Shown here: piece after piece, positions 1-8,066 of the stretch
Position numbering within the stretch: the stretch's first letter is position 1
How the letters are laid out: the number at the start of each line of letters is the position of its first letter
Origin: Cyanobacteria bacterium auto_48_18
GTDB lineage: Bacteria; Cyanobacteriota; Vampirovibrionia; Obscuribacterales; Obscuribacteraceae
Length of the DNA stretch: 64,000 bases
Direction: 5' to 3'
Assembly (NCBI GenBank): GCA_036170915.1
Contig: JAVHQC010000036.1
Coordinates: forward strand, 96,001 to 160,000
Program-made: the position numbers and the translations under genes
The notes under the pieces: generated by a model
The model's input: the letters and a program-made list of their open reading frames with translations, nothing else
Database searches by the model: none
Told to the model about the DNA's origin: nothing

Positions 1-36
1 TAAGGCACCACGCTGCTCAATTTCGGTCTCGTTCAT
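1..36 (-). CDS. 5' end of a gene running off the window (MNETEIEQRGAL...)
   Basis: Minus-strand ATG at 36 preceded by GAAAGGATG (SD-like); frame open to the window edge. Confidence 0.45.
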   Translation of the reverse strand, partial: MNETEIEQRGAL

Positions 37-269
37 AACCACATCCTTTCGCCCAATCTGCAAGCCAATTGTCTTCAGGTAAATATACAAGCAACTGGTG
101 ACCGAACTGTGACCCTCTAAACGGCGGCCTTTAGCCCTGTAACTACCTGTCCCAGAAAACGCGGACATTCTCTGTTTGCGTAATGCTGTTCAAGTATGGT
201 TAGAACTCGGTCACTTTTAAACAATATTCTGAATCTGCAGGCACAGCAGGGACAGCTTAGGAAAGTCGA

Positions 270-1142
270 ATGGCAGAATATCGTCCACCACAGCGTTTCG
301 ACTTGGACGACTCTAGCAGAATCGACAGGGTCGGCCAGTTTCGAAATCCAATAATGTTACTGCTAGAGCAGGGGCGTTCAGATACATTTTACCCTCGCCG
401 CAACTTTGCCGAACAGCAATGTGGTAACAGTATATGGCCTTGCGCCGAAATAACTGCTGGAATGGTTAGAATTGGCGATTCTGTGTCTAGCGCGTTCGAC
501 CGCAGAACCGCGACAAAAGATACGCAGGTGCCGTCGGGCATAATCACTGAGGGTCTCTATCTGACCAGGGCGACCTCCGAACCACCAATGTTCGACCGAA
601 GTATTTTCGCATCAATGACCCGTCGAGAGCCAAATCTAGAATCACTTTTGATGCAGCGACTTTCCAGTCAACCAGGTCCAATTACGCAACAAAAATTAAG
701 TGAAGCAGCTCTAGAACTTTGTACCGGCCCGGATCAATTAACAGACAAAAAAATGGCTCTGTTGTTGCTCCACAATTTTACTAAAAACCTCACTGCAGCT
801 GCACGCAATCCAAATATTCTCGCTCAACATGACGCCGACAAGTATCCAGCTAATACCTATAGCAATGAGCTGGTAAAGCCCATTGTTGATCGATTAGAGC
901 ATCTTGGTAAAAGTAAAAGTCAGTCTGATGCTTTGGGTCAGATATACCATTTCTATGGTGCGACCCTGGCCACTTATACTTTTGAAAGGGGATCTTGGGT
1001 TGGTCTGCAAAAATACTGGCGATTGGTAAGTAGTACCGATCCGCGCAACGTTGTGAAAAACGGTGCAGACAGGCTAGGCTATCAGTTAGGGCGACAGCTG
1101 CAAGAAAGTGACGTGCTGGATCAATTGTTGCGGCCCCAATAG
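270..1142 (+). CDS. Hypothetical protein (290 aa)
   Basis: Long ORF with AGGA upstream; no recognised family motif. Confidence 0.6.
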   Translation: MAEYRPPQRFDLDDSSRIDRVGQFRNPIMLLLEQGRSDTFYPRRNFAEQQCGNSIWPCAEITAGMVRIGDSVSSAFDRRTATKDTQVPSGIITEGLYLTRATSEPPMFDRSIFASMTRREPNLESLLMQRLSSQPGPITQQKLSEAALELCTGPDQLTDKKMALLLLHNFTKNLTAAARNPNILAQHDADKYPANTYSNELVKPIVDRLEHLGKSKSQSDALGQIYHFYGATLATYTFERGSWVGLQKYWRLVSSTDPRNVVKNGADRLGYQLGRQLQESDVLDQLLRPQ

Positions 1143-1143
1143 T

Positions 1144-1177
1144 TTGAATTGATTTGAATTGAATTGAATTTCTTGAA
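1144..1177. repeat. Short tandem pentamer repeat (TTGAA/TTGAT x5 plus one)
   Basis: ttgaa ttgat ttgaa ttgaa ttgaa tttc ttgaa read directly. Confidence 0.7.
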
Positions 1178-1218
1178 CCCGCGTTAGGCGATACGTGCTG
1201 CATCGTGTTATATTCGGC

Positions 1219-1941
1219 ATGCTTTTAAAAGTAGAAGATCAATTGCCTGTAACTGCACATCATGAAGACCACGGCTTAGAAAGTGTAGCCTGGCTGCGGG
1301 CTGCCGTGCTTGGTGCCAACGATGGCATTGTCTCTACCGCCAGTCTTTTGCTGGGAGTAGCGGCAGCTCATACAGATCTTCATCATTTACTTGTGGCCGG
1401 TGTTGCAGGTACGGTGGCCGGAGCCATGTCTATGGCTGCAGGTGAATACATTTCAGTTAACTCGCAGTCCGACACCGAAAAGGCCGCACTGGCCAAAGAG
1501 AATGCAGAGCTTAAGGCAGATTACGAAAGCGAAATCAAAGAGCTGGTCAACATTTATCAGCGCCGTGGGGTTGAGCTGAGCCTGGCTTTACAAGTGGCTG
1601 AGCAATTAATGACTCACGATGCTCTCGGCGCGCATGCTCGCGATGAACTAGGCATTACTGAGGCCTATCGTGCTAAACCTGTTCAAGCGGCCCTGGTATC
1701 TGCATTGAGCTTTGCTCTGGGAGGCTTGCTACCACTGCTGGTGGTGCTCATGGTTCCGGAACACGCTCTAACTCTTGCTGTGAGCACCGCTTCTTTAGTA
1801 GCTCTGGCTATTTTAGGAGGAGTGGCAGCTAAAATTGGCAAAGCCAATGTGGTTAGAGGGGTAATGCGCGTAACTGCATGGAGTGCCCTGGCCATGCTCA
1901 TTACAGCTGCCATCGGTTCACTTTTTGGCACTAAGCTTTAG
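1219..1941 (+). CDS. VIT1/CCC1 family Fe2+/Mn2+ transporter
   Basis: WLRAAVLGANDGIVS, AGAMSMAAGEYISV and HARDELG motifs; multiple TM segments; start could be 1195. Confidence 0.92.
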   Translation: MLLKVEDQLPVTAHHEDHGLESVAWLRAAVLGANDGIVSTASLLLGVAAAHTDLHHLLVAGVAGTVAGAMSMAAGEYISVNSQSDTEKAALAKENAELKADYESEIKELVNIYQRRGVELSLALQVAEQLMTHDALGAHARDELGITEAYRAKPVQAALVSALSFALGGLLPLLVVLMVPEHALTLAVSTASLVALAILGGVAAKIGKANVVRGVMRVTAWSALAMLITAAIGSLFGTKL

Positions 1942-1959
1942 AGCGCGCTCTGCATGGCA

Positions 1960-2793
1960 TCATGCCACTTGACTGACTGCATAGGGCAGATTAGGAAGGT
2001 TTGAATTGCTAAGCCAGTTATTGAATTGGGCATGCGAGATTAGTTTCGATTGAATACCATTCTGTATTCGCAGCACGATTGCCAATTCCGATGCTGTAAT
2101 TTTATTTCTATGCACGAGTACTTTACCGAGAAGTTCTTCTTCATCTAATCCGCACTCTAACGCAGTTAAGAGTTCATTTAAATCCACCAGACCTGCCTGC
2201 AAAAGCAAATAGCCGAGGCGCTCTTTTTCAGTATTCAGGTTGGTGAGCGCTGGCCTGCCACCAGTAATGCTCGGCTCATTGCACTCGAACAGAGCCTGCC
2301 GCACTGAGAGTTCTCGTCGTTTGATCTGCAAAACTAATTCAAGCGCTTCCTGCCACTTTCCCAGTGTAATCAAGCCGGCGTTAAAAAGGTCTTTGCCGCT
2401 AATCATCTGATAGGGAGTATTCACAACGGCTAACGTGAGTACTTCACTTGATGCAACCAGTCCTGCTGCAATTAAGAGCATAACCACACTATTGCTGGTC
2501 TTGAGTTCGTCCTTTTGCCAGAGAAGCTTGAAAGGTATTTGAGTCTTAAAGCTATAGTCAAGGATAACTGCAGCCCTCATGATTGAAATTTGACGACTGA
2601 GCACAGTTATTGCGGCAGTTAAGGCTGATTCAAGTTCTAACTCGCTGAGCCTCTGAGTGGTCACCAAGATTCGCCCCAGAGGTATCCCTGACTTAGCAGA
2701 GGCGTCCACAAGCATGTGAATTTCCGTTTGATAGAGTTTTCCTTGAGCAACCAAAATTTCTGCTAATACCTTGGAGACTTTTCCTGTACTCAT
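1960..2793 (-). CDS. MshEN/GSPII_N-like repeat protein (putative c-di-GMP receptor)
   Basis: RLGYLLLQAGLVDLNELLTALECG...LLGKVLVHRNKITASELAIVLRIQ; further copies LAEILVAQGKL and LGRILVTTQRL. Confidence 0.65.
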   Translation of the reverse strand: MSTGKVSKVLAEILVAQGKLYQTEIHMLVDASAKSGIPLGRILVTTQRLSELELESALTAAITVLSRQISIMRAAVILDYSFKTQIPFKLLWQKDELKTSNSVVMLLIAAGLVASSEVLTLAVVNTPYQMISGKDLFNAGLITLGKWQEALELVLQIKRRELSVRQALFECNEPSITGGRPALTNLNTEKERLGYLLLQAGLVDLNELLTALECGLDEEELLGKVLVHRNKITASELAIVLRIQNGIQSKLISHAQFNNWLSNSNLPNLPYAVSQVA

Positions 2794-2794
2794 A

Positions 2795-3607
2795 TTATTT
2801 GTTTGACCTCTCTAGCACGGCCTGAGCCCGTCCCATGTTGTAGGTGATTCCTTCCTGCTGCAACTGAATGGTCTTAATTGACAATGGTGGCGGACTCCAG
2901 TCGATTGCGATCTCATCAGCTTTTTTGACAAACATGGAGTTAGTATCCTGCAGCCTGCAGTGACTCATATAAGAACTAAATATTTCCATCATGCTGCAGG
3001 CGGCTTGCCGGCATTTACCAAAATCACAAAAGAAGCCGCTTAGAAGTGCAGCTCTGCCAGTAGGGATAGTGGCAGCTCTTACGACAATCACTGTACGTTC
3101 TTGCTCTATCGCCATTGCAGTTAGCTCTACATATGTGGCGGAGTAACGTGACTCGCTCATCAGTCCAATTATTCGTTTACCGTCTGGGTCGAGCACCCAA
3201 TCATCATCTGCAACTTGTTCTGTCATGTAATTTTGGCATAGTGGTACGGCGAAATTTTGAGGGAGATCGACCACGAAAGAATGAGTGTATGCTGGAGGTC
3301 CAAATTTAGAACGGAGAAAAACCTTTCCAAAGATGGCCAGAGTCAATATTGTTGAACTGCTGACGAAAGCAGCGAAAAGTGTTGACTGAGTCCAGTCTTC
3401 AGTTCCCAAAGTGTCATTCCAAAATCCAGTGCCAAGAAACGAAATTACCTCATTCAATACATCTGATATGCTGAACAGAATGAAGGACACAGCACCTACG
3501 ATTATAAAAAGGCAGAATGCCTGTAATGGCGTGCGCAAATCATTCTGTGGGTGACATAGATTTGTCATTTTTTTACTTGACGGAAGAGCCGCAAAAAAAT
3601 TACTCAT
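2795..3607 (-). CDS. Hypothetical membrane protein (2 TM)
   Basis: Two hydrophobic segments; abuts the downstream gene; start uncertain (3622 or 3607). Confidence 0.6.
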   Translation of the reverse strand: MSNFFAALPSSKKMTNLCHPQNDLRTPLQAFCLFIIVGAVSFILFSISDVLNEVISFLGTGFWNDTLGTEDWTQSTLFAAFVSSSTILTLAIFGKVFLRSKFGPPAYTHSFVVDLPQNFAVPLCQNYMTEQVADDDWVLDPDGKRIIGLMSESRYSATYVELTAMAIEQERTVIVVRAATIPTGRAALLSGFFCDFGKCRQAACSMMEIFSSYMSHCRLQDTNSMFVKKADEIAIDWSPPPLSIKTIQLQQEGITYNMGRAQAVLERSNK

Positions 3608-3750
3608 AATTTGACCTGCCAATTCGATTGGTTGGGTTTCTTTTGAGTAATTAAACTACGGCAATATGTCGAAACCGTGGCAAGTGCCTAAAGACACGCG
3701 GAAGGACACCGGCGCAGGAGAGCTTAGAGCAAAAAGGTTTTGTCTGCGAC

Positions 3751-4455
3751 TTAATCGTCTAATAAAAACTTGCGCAGCACATCATCAGCCTTCTGTCGCA
3801 TAGGCTCCATTTCTGGCTTACGCAAATTTACCATAAGATCGTCCATTTGTACCTGCACCGCCGCTGGTGCTCGAGTTACTTGCCTAAGATCAAGAGTCTT
3901 GTTTACCAGAGCCGTTAAGACTGCGGGCTTTTCGCCGGTAACCGTGGCACCATTTAGTTTCATAGACATGTTGATGTCACGAATTGTGCTGGTACCAAAG
4001 CTAGTTAGATTGCTACTTTTAAGAGCATCTACAACGTGTTCACCCTGATGTCTGCTACCAGTCAACTCACCATCAACAAAGGCAAACTTGAATTTGCTCG
4101 GTTGGACAACTACTTCCTTGCCTTCGTGAGTGACACCAGTAAAGGGTCTGAGTTTCGACACGCCTGTGAACCAGGTGACTTTTTCACCTTGCTCTTCCAG
4201 AGCATGCTTAAATGCCTTGCCCATGAAGGGCGTATCTTCGACAAGCATTATGCCGTCTCTGCCACCACCCGGCATCAGTCTAGCTAATTTACCGCGGCTG
4301 GCGGCAATCACACCTATGGTGGCTGCAGCTCCGCCAATTACGAGAGCCGTGGTACCAGGGTTTTCATAAGCATCTTCAAATAAAGCAGCGGCAGCATTTG
4401 TCGGCTTATCTTCTTTAATAGTGTCATTGGCTTTGTCGGAACTGTTTTTTGGCAC
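3751..4455 (-). CDS. Protein with N-terminal hydrophobic segment and receiver (REC)-like domain
   Basis: IMLVEDTPFMGKAFKHALEEQG and FAFVDGEL resemble REC beta1/beta3. Confidence 0.55.
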   Translation of the reverse strand: MPKNSSDKANDTIKEDKPTNAAAALFEDAYENPGTTALVIGGAAATIGVIAASRGKLARLMPGGGRDGIMLVEDTPFMGKAFKHALEEQGEKVTWFTGVSKLRPFTGVTHEGKEVVVQPSKFKFAFVDGELTGSRHQGEHVVDALKSSNLTSFGTSTIRDINMSMKLNGATVTGEKPAVLTALVNKTLDLRQVTRAPAAVQVQMDDLMVNLRKPEMEPMRQKADDVLRKFLLDD

Positions 4456-4545
4456 GGTTGCATACTCAGGGGATGAGTAATGTTTTACGCCTTTAAAAGG
4501 CCGCTGTCACTGAGGTTTCTACGCAATAACCATTAAATCGCGCGA

Positions 4546-6255
4546 TTAATATCCGCGGTAAGCGCGACCCTGAGCCACAGCTTTGACACCAGGTACGTTC
4601 TGCAGTGAGCCATAACGGCTAGTGGCATAGCGAATACCAGCAATCATATTGTCTACCGGATCAAGAATGTTCTTGTGTCCAGGTATGGAATAGGCATTGA
4701 AAGTTGGTCCGATGGTTTGCATCAAACCTTTAGATGGTGTGCCTTTGCGAGCATTAGAGTCCCAATTGTTAACAACGTTTGGATTCCAGCTGCTTTCTCT
4801 TTGCACAATCAAATTGACTGCTGCCAGGTTTGCCGCAGTGACTGGCACACCTGCTTTCTCAAGGGCAGTCTCAATCAACTCGCGTTTTTCGCCTTGAGGA
4901 ATTGTGCCGGTAACTTGTTGTTCAGTATTTTGTCTGTTCATAGCTACGTCATAGAGGCGCTGCCCGGCAGTAGCTAATTGCTGACCTTCACCCTGAGTAA
5001 CGTCCTCTCTGGTGACGTCTTTGGGAGCTTTTCCAGACAAAGCCGCTGCGGCTATGGCACCTGGATTGTCGCCAAACTTGCCTTTCAGATCAGCGATCAT
5101 GCTTGATACCATGCCCTCTTGGGCTTCTTTCGGCAGAAGGTTATTCAACTCTTCTTTGGCTGGCTTCTCGCCTTTTTCCATCTTCGCTGCCATGCCTTTG
5201 AGCTTGGCGAGAAATTCAGGATTTTTCAGCTGTTCAGCAAAACCTTTGGAGAGCTTGCCTTCCCTTATAAGCTTTTCAATCATTTCCGGATCTGGCGGAT
5301 CGCCTAAACTTTCGAGGAAACTCATGATTTGCCTGCCTGAAAGTCCATAACGGCCGACTCTGGTATCTCCGTCAGGGTGACGCCTGACAGTTTCATAGGC
5401 AGCATCACGTTCAGGTTTCCACAAACCAGCTACCGCTTCTTTTACGCCCATATCTTTGTCAGTTTCATTTGGCTGTCTGGGCACGTCTCGTGTGCCGAAC
5501 GAACCCATGCGCTCAGTAGCGACGCGAGGCATGTCTACACCATTGCTGCCATTGAAGCGGTTCGTTTGCTCAACACTTTCCCTGGTCTCAGGGGTAACGT
5601 GTTTCATCTCTTTGGCCGGCTTGAGGTTTTGCGCCTGTTCAACCTCGGGCGAAATTATATTGTCCTGGTCGTTAAGCTCCACACCATTAGCTGCCTGACT
5701 GTTCGTGGATTTGATACGCTCAGATAGGTACTTAACCAGGTCATCAGCAGCTTGTTGCTGAGCTTCAGTAGGATTGAGCTGACCATCTTTACGCTCAATT
5801 TGCACTTTAATGTCTTTAGAGTTGAGCTTTTCGGGATCGCCGTTCATCTCCACGCGGCCGTCTTCTTTGACTACGAAGTGCGGTTGCGCTTTGGCAGGCT
5901 TATCTAAATCTTGCATCTCCACGTTGATTTTCGGCACGCTGCGGTCGAGCGGTGGGCTGGACTCAATGCGATGTTCAGGTGTGATGGAGCTGTTGTCCAC
6001 GATCACACCACTGCGGGCCAGTTCGGAAGGCGGTTTGCTCACATCAAATTTGCGAGTGGCCAGGTTTTTGGGATGAATCGGACTCATCTCCAGGCTAGCA
6101 GGTGCCGTGTTGTCACCGGCGGCTGTTTTTAAGACCATGTCAGAGCTGGCAAGCAATTTGCCGGCTTCCAGCGAGAGCGGACCAATATGGCCGACTTTAA
6201 CGTTTGCTTTTTCGACTTGCTTGTCGCCATCGCCTGCTGATTGTTTGCCTGTCAT
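4546..6255 (-). CDS. Multidomain protein with C-terminal lytic transglycosylase (SLT, tape-measure type)
   Basis: QRESSWNPNVVNNWDSNARKGTPSKGLMQTIGPTF...DPVDNMIAGIRYATSRYG. Confidence 0.85.
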   Translation of the reverse strand: MTGKQSAGDGDKQVEKANVKVGHIGPLSLEAGKLLASSDMVLKTAAGDNTAPASLEMSPIHPKNLATRKFDVSKPPSELARSGVIVDNSSITPEHRIESSPPLDRSVPKINVEMQDLDKPAKAQPHFVVKEDGRVEMNGDPEKLNSKDIKVQIERKDGQLNPTEAQQQAADDLVKYLSERIKSTNSQAANGVELNDQDNIISPEVEQAQNLKPAKEMKHVTPETRESVEQTNRFNGSNGVDMPRVATERMGSFGTRDVPRQPNETDKDMGVKEAVAGLWKPERDAAYETVRRHPDGDTRVGRYGLSGRQIMSFLESLGDPPDPEMIEKLIREGKLSKGFAEQLKNPEFLAKLKGMAAKMEKGEKPAKEELNNLLPKEAQEGMVSSMIADLKGKFGDNPGAIAAAALSGKAPKDVTREDVTQGEGQQLATAGQRLYDVAMNRQNTEQQVTGTIPQGEKRELIETALEKAGVPVTAANLAAVNLIVQRESSWNPNVVNNWDSNARKGTPSKGLMQTIGPTFNAYSIPGHKNILDPVDNMIAGIRYATSRYGSLQNVPGVKAVAQGRAYRGY

Positions 6256-6501
6256 TGCGGATCCCTAGCGGTGAATACGTTCATATTTTTCAATATAGAC
6301 GCCCATTCAACAATGGGGAGATCACGTAGACCACTTATGACCCATGCGTACTTCCCCCACAGACAGGGGCCTGCCGCAGGGGCATAATGAAAGTCCCCAT
6401 TCGACACGGACATTTTTTTTCATTAGTAGCTGACTAAGTCGGCTGCAGTCTTTCGCCGGTCAAAATTTGCCGTATATAAAAGGATGTAATCGGCAAAGTC
6501 G

Positions 6502-6532
6502 AAAAATAAGTAAAGGCACCAGATGCGGTGCC
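6502..6532 (-). terminator. Probable intrinsic terminator after the 6560-7114 gene
   Basis: Minus strand GGCACC-gcatct-GGTGCC followed by TTTACTTATTTTT. Confidence 0.55.
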
Positions 6533-6559
6533 ATGTCAATTGGGAAAATCATTAGCTAA

Positions 6560-7114
6560 CTAGCCATTAGCGTCTGTTTTTGGTATATGAGCCGAAACCA
6601 TGCTTTCTTCGCTGCGTTCAAAGGCTTCTAATTGCGACGAAGGTACATTCATGCCCGACAATTTGCTGCCGTATCCAAGAGTTACCATACGGTCTTGCAC
6701 GGCAAATATATCTTCTACATAGCGAGCAAGTGCACGACCTTGAGGCAAGATTTGTTCAACTGTGGCAGTGAGGAAATAGTCAGCCACGATGCCGCCGGCG
6801 ATGTTGGCCGTGCGCTCAGCACCCCATTGTGTAGCGAAGCGTAGACTTAGAGGGGCGCCCGGCTTAGCAATGACACTTAACCTGCGCGTGAATCCCTGGC
6901 TGTTCATATCAATTTCGCCAATCAGCTGATTGAAAGAATCGGGGCCGCTTGGCAGTTGACCTTGCATGCGACCGGCAGGTACGCCCAATTCCTGTGATAG
7001 AAGCTCTACCAGCGAGGCAAAAGATGCAACACCTTGCAAGTCAATAGTTTTTCCTGATCCGTCAAATGTCATAAACTGGTTCCACTGGTTAGATTGAACG
7101 GTTGTGTTAAACAA
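6560..7114 (-). CDS. Hypothetical protein
   Basis: 184-aa ORF filling the gap; followed by a terminator-like hairpin. Confidence 0.6.
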   Translation of the reverse strand: MFNTTVQSNQWNQFMTFDGSGKTIDLQGVASFASLVELLSQELGVPAGRMQGQLPSGPDSFNQLIGEIDMNSQGFTRRLSVIAKPGAPLSLRFATQWGAERTANIAGGIVADYFLTATVEQILPQGRALARYVEDIFAVQDRMVTLGYGSKLSGMNVPSSQLEAFERSEESMVSAHIPKTDANG

Positions 7115-7162
7115 TCCAAATGATGCCAGTTATGAGGGAATTCTTCAAGTAGAGTAGTTTTT

Positions 7163-8059
7163 ATGCAAGCAGAAATTGTCCCTGAAAAGAAAAACGGCCT
7201 GGCACTCATCCGTGAGTGGACAGAGATGATCAAACTGGAACATACGGTTTTTGCTCTGCCTTTTGCACTTTCGGGCCTGGTCCTGGCCACAAATCATCTG
7301 CCTTCATGGCACACCATAATTTTTACCATTCTAGCCTTTGTGGGCGCCCGCTCGGCTGCCATGACCCTGAACCGCTTGATTGACGCGCGCATAGACGCCG
7401 TTAATCCACGCACAAAAGACCGCTCAATCCCTGCTGGTCGCATAAAACCGGCCACTGCATTACTGTTCGCCATTGCAGCCTTCGGGCTGATGCTTGGTGC
7501 TGCCAGTCAATTGCCGCAGATTTGCTTACAACTTTCTCCCATAGCGGTTTTCTGGTTGAGTTTTTATTCATTCACCAAACGATTTACCTGGCTCTGCCAC
7601 ATTGTGCTCGGCATAGCTCTTGGTGGTGCTGCTTTAGGTGGCTGGGTGGCCGCCGCGGGCACCATTCATGGTGCGGCACCCTGGCTGCTTGCTTTTGCTG
7701 TGGCCACCTGGGTAGCTGGTTTTGATATTATCTACGCCTGTCAAGATGAAAAGTTTGACAGTGATCAGAAATTACACAGCATTCCCGCCCGGTTTGGTTT
7801 GAGCAAAGCACTGACAATTTCGAGCGCTCTTCATGTGGTCACTGTGGCAGCTCTAGTGGGTCTGGGTCTCACTGTTAAACCTGCAGCCGGAATCTTCTTC
7901 TATGGTGGTGTGGCACTTGTTACCGCAATGCTGATTTACGAGCATAGCTTGGTTAAGCCGACAGATCTTTCAAAAGTAAACGCGGCCTTTTTCACCACCA
8001 ATGGTATCGTCTCTATTGTCACGTTTTTTACTATTTTGCTTGATCGTCTCGTGCGTTGA
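7163..8059 (+). CDS. ubiA: UbiA-family prenyltransferase (MqnP-like / 4-hydroxybenzoate polyprenyltransferase-like)
   Basis: IKLEHTVFALPFA, NRLIDARIDAVNPRT and GFDIIYACQD motifs. Confidence 0.88.
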   Translation: MQAEIVPEKKNGLALIREWTEMIKLEHTVFALPFALSGLVLATNHLPSWHTIIFTILAFVGARSAAMTLNRLIDARIDAVNPRTKDRSIPAGRIKPATALLFAIAAFGLMLGAASQLPQICLQLSPIAVFWLSFYSFTKRFTWLCHIVLGIALGGAALGGWVAAAGTIHGAAPWLLAFAVATWVAGFDIIYACQDEKFDSDQKLHSIPARFGLSKALTISSALHVVTVAALVGLGLTVKPAAGIFFYGGVALVTAMLIYEHSLVKPTDLSKVNAAFFTTNGIVSIVTFFTILLDRLVR

Positions 8060-8066
8060 GAAGCAT

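Noticed and set aside
4546..6255. Prophage remnant
   Set aside because: No other phage structural or integration genes nearby
6421..6500. Possible c-di-GMP-I (GEMM) riboswitch (GGCAAA, GAAA on the minus strand)
   Set aside because: The P2 stem and GCAAAGC/tetraloop-receptor pattern could not be assembled
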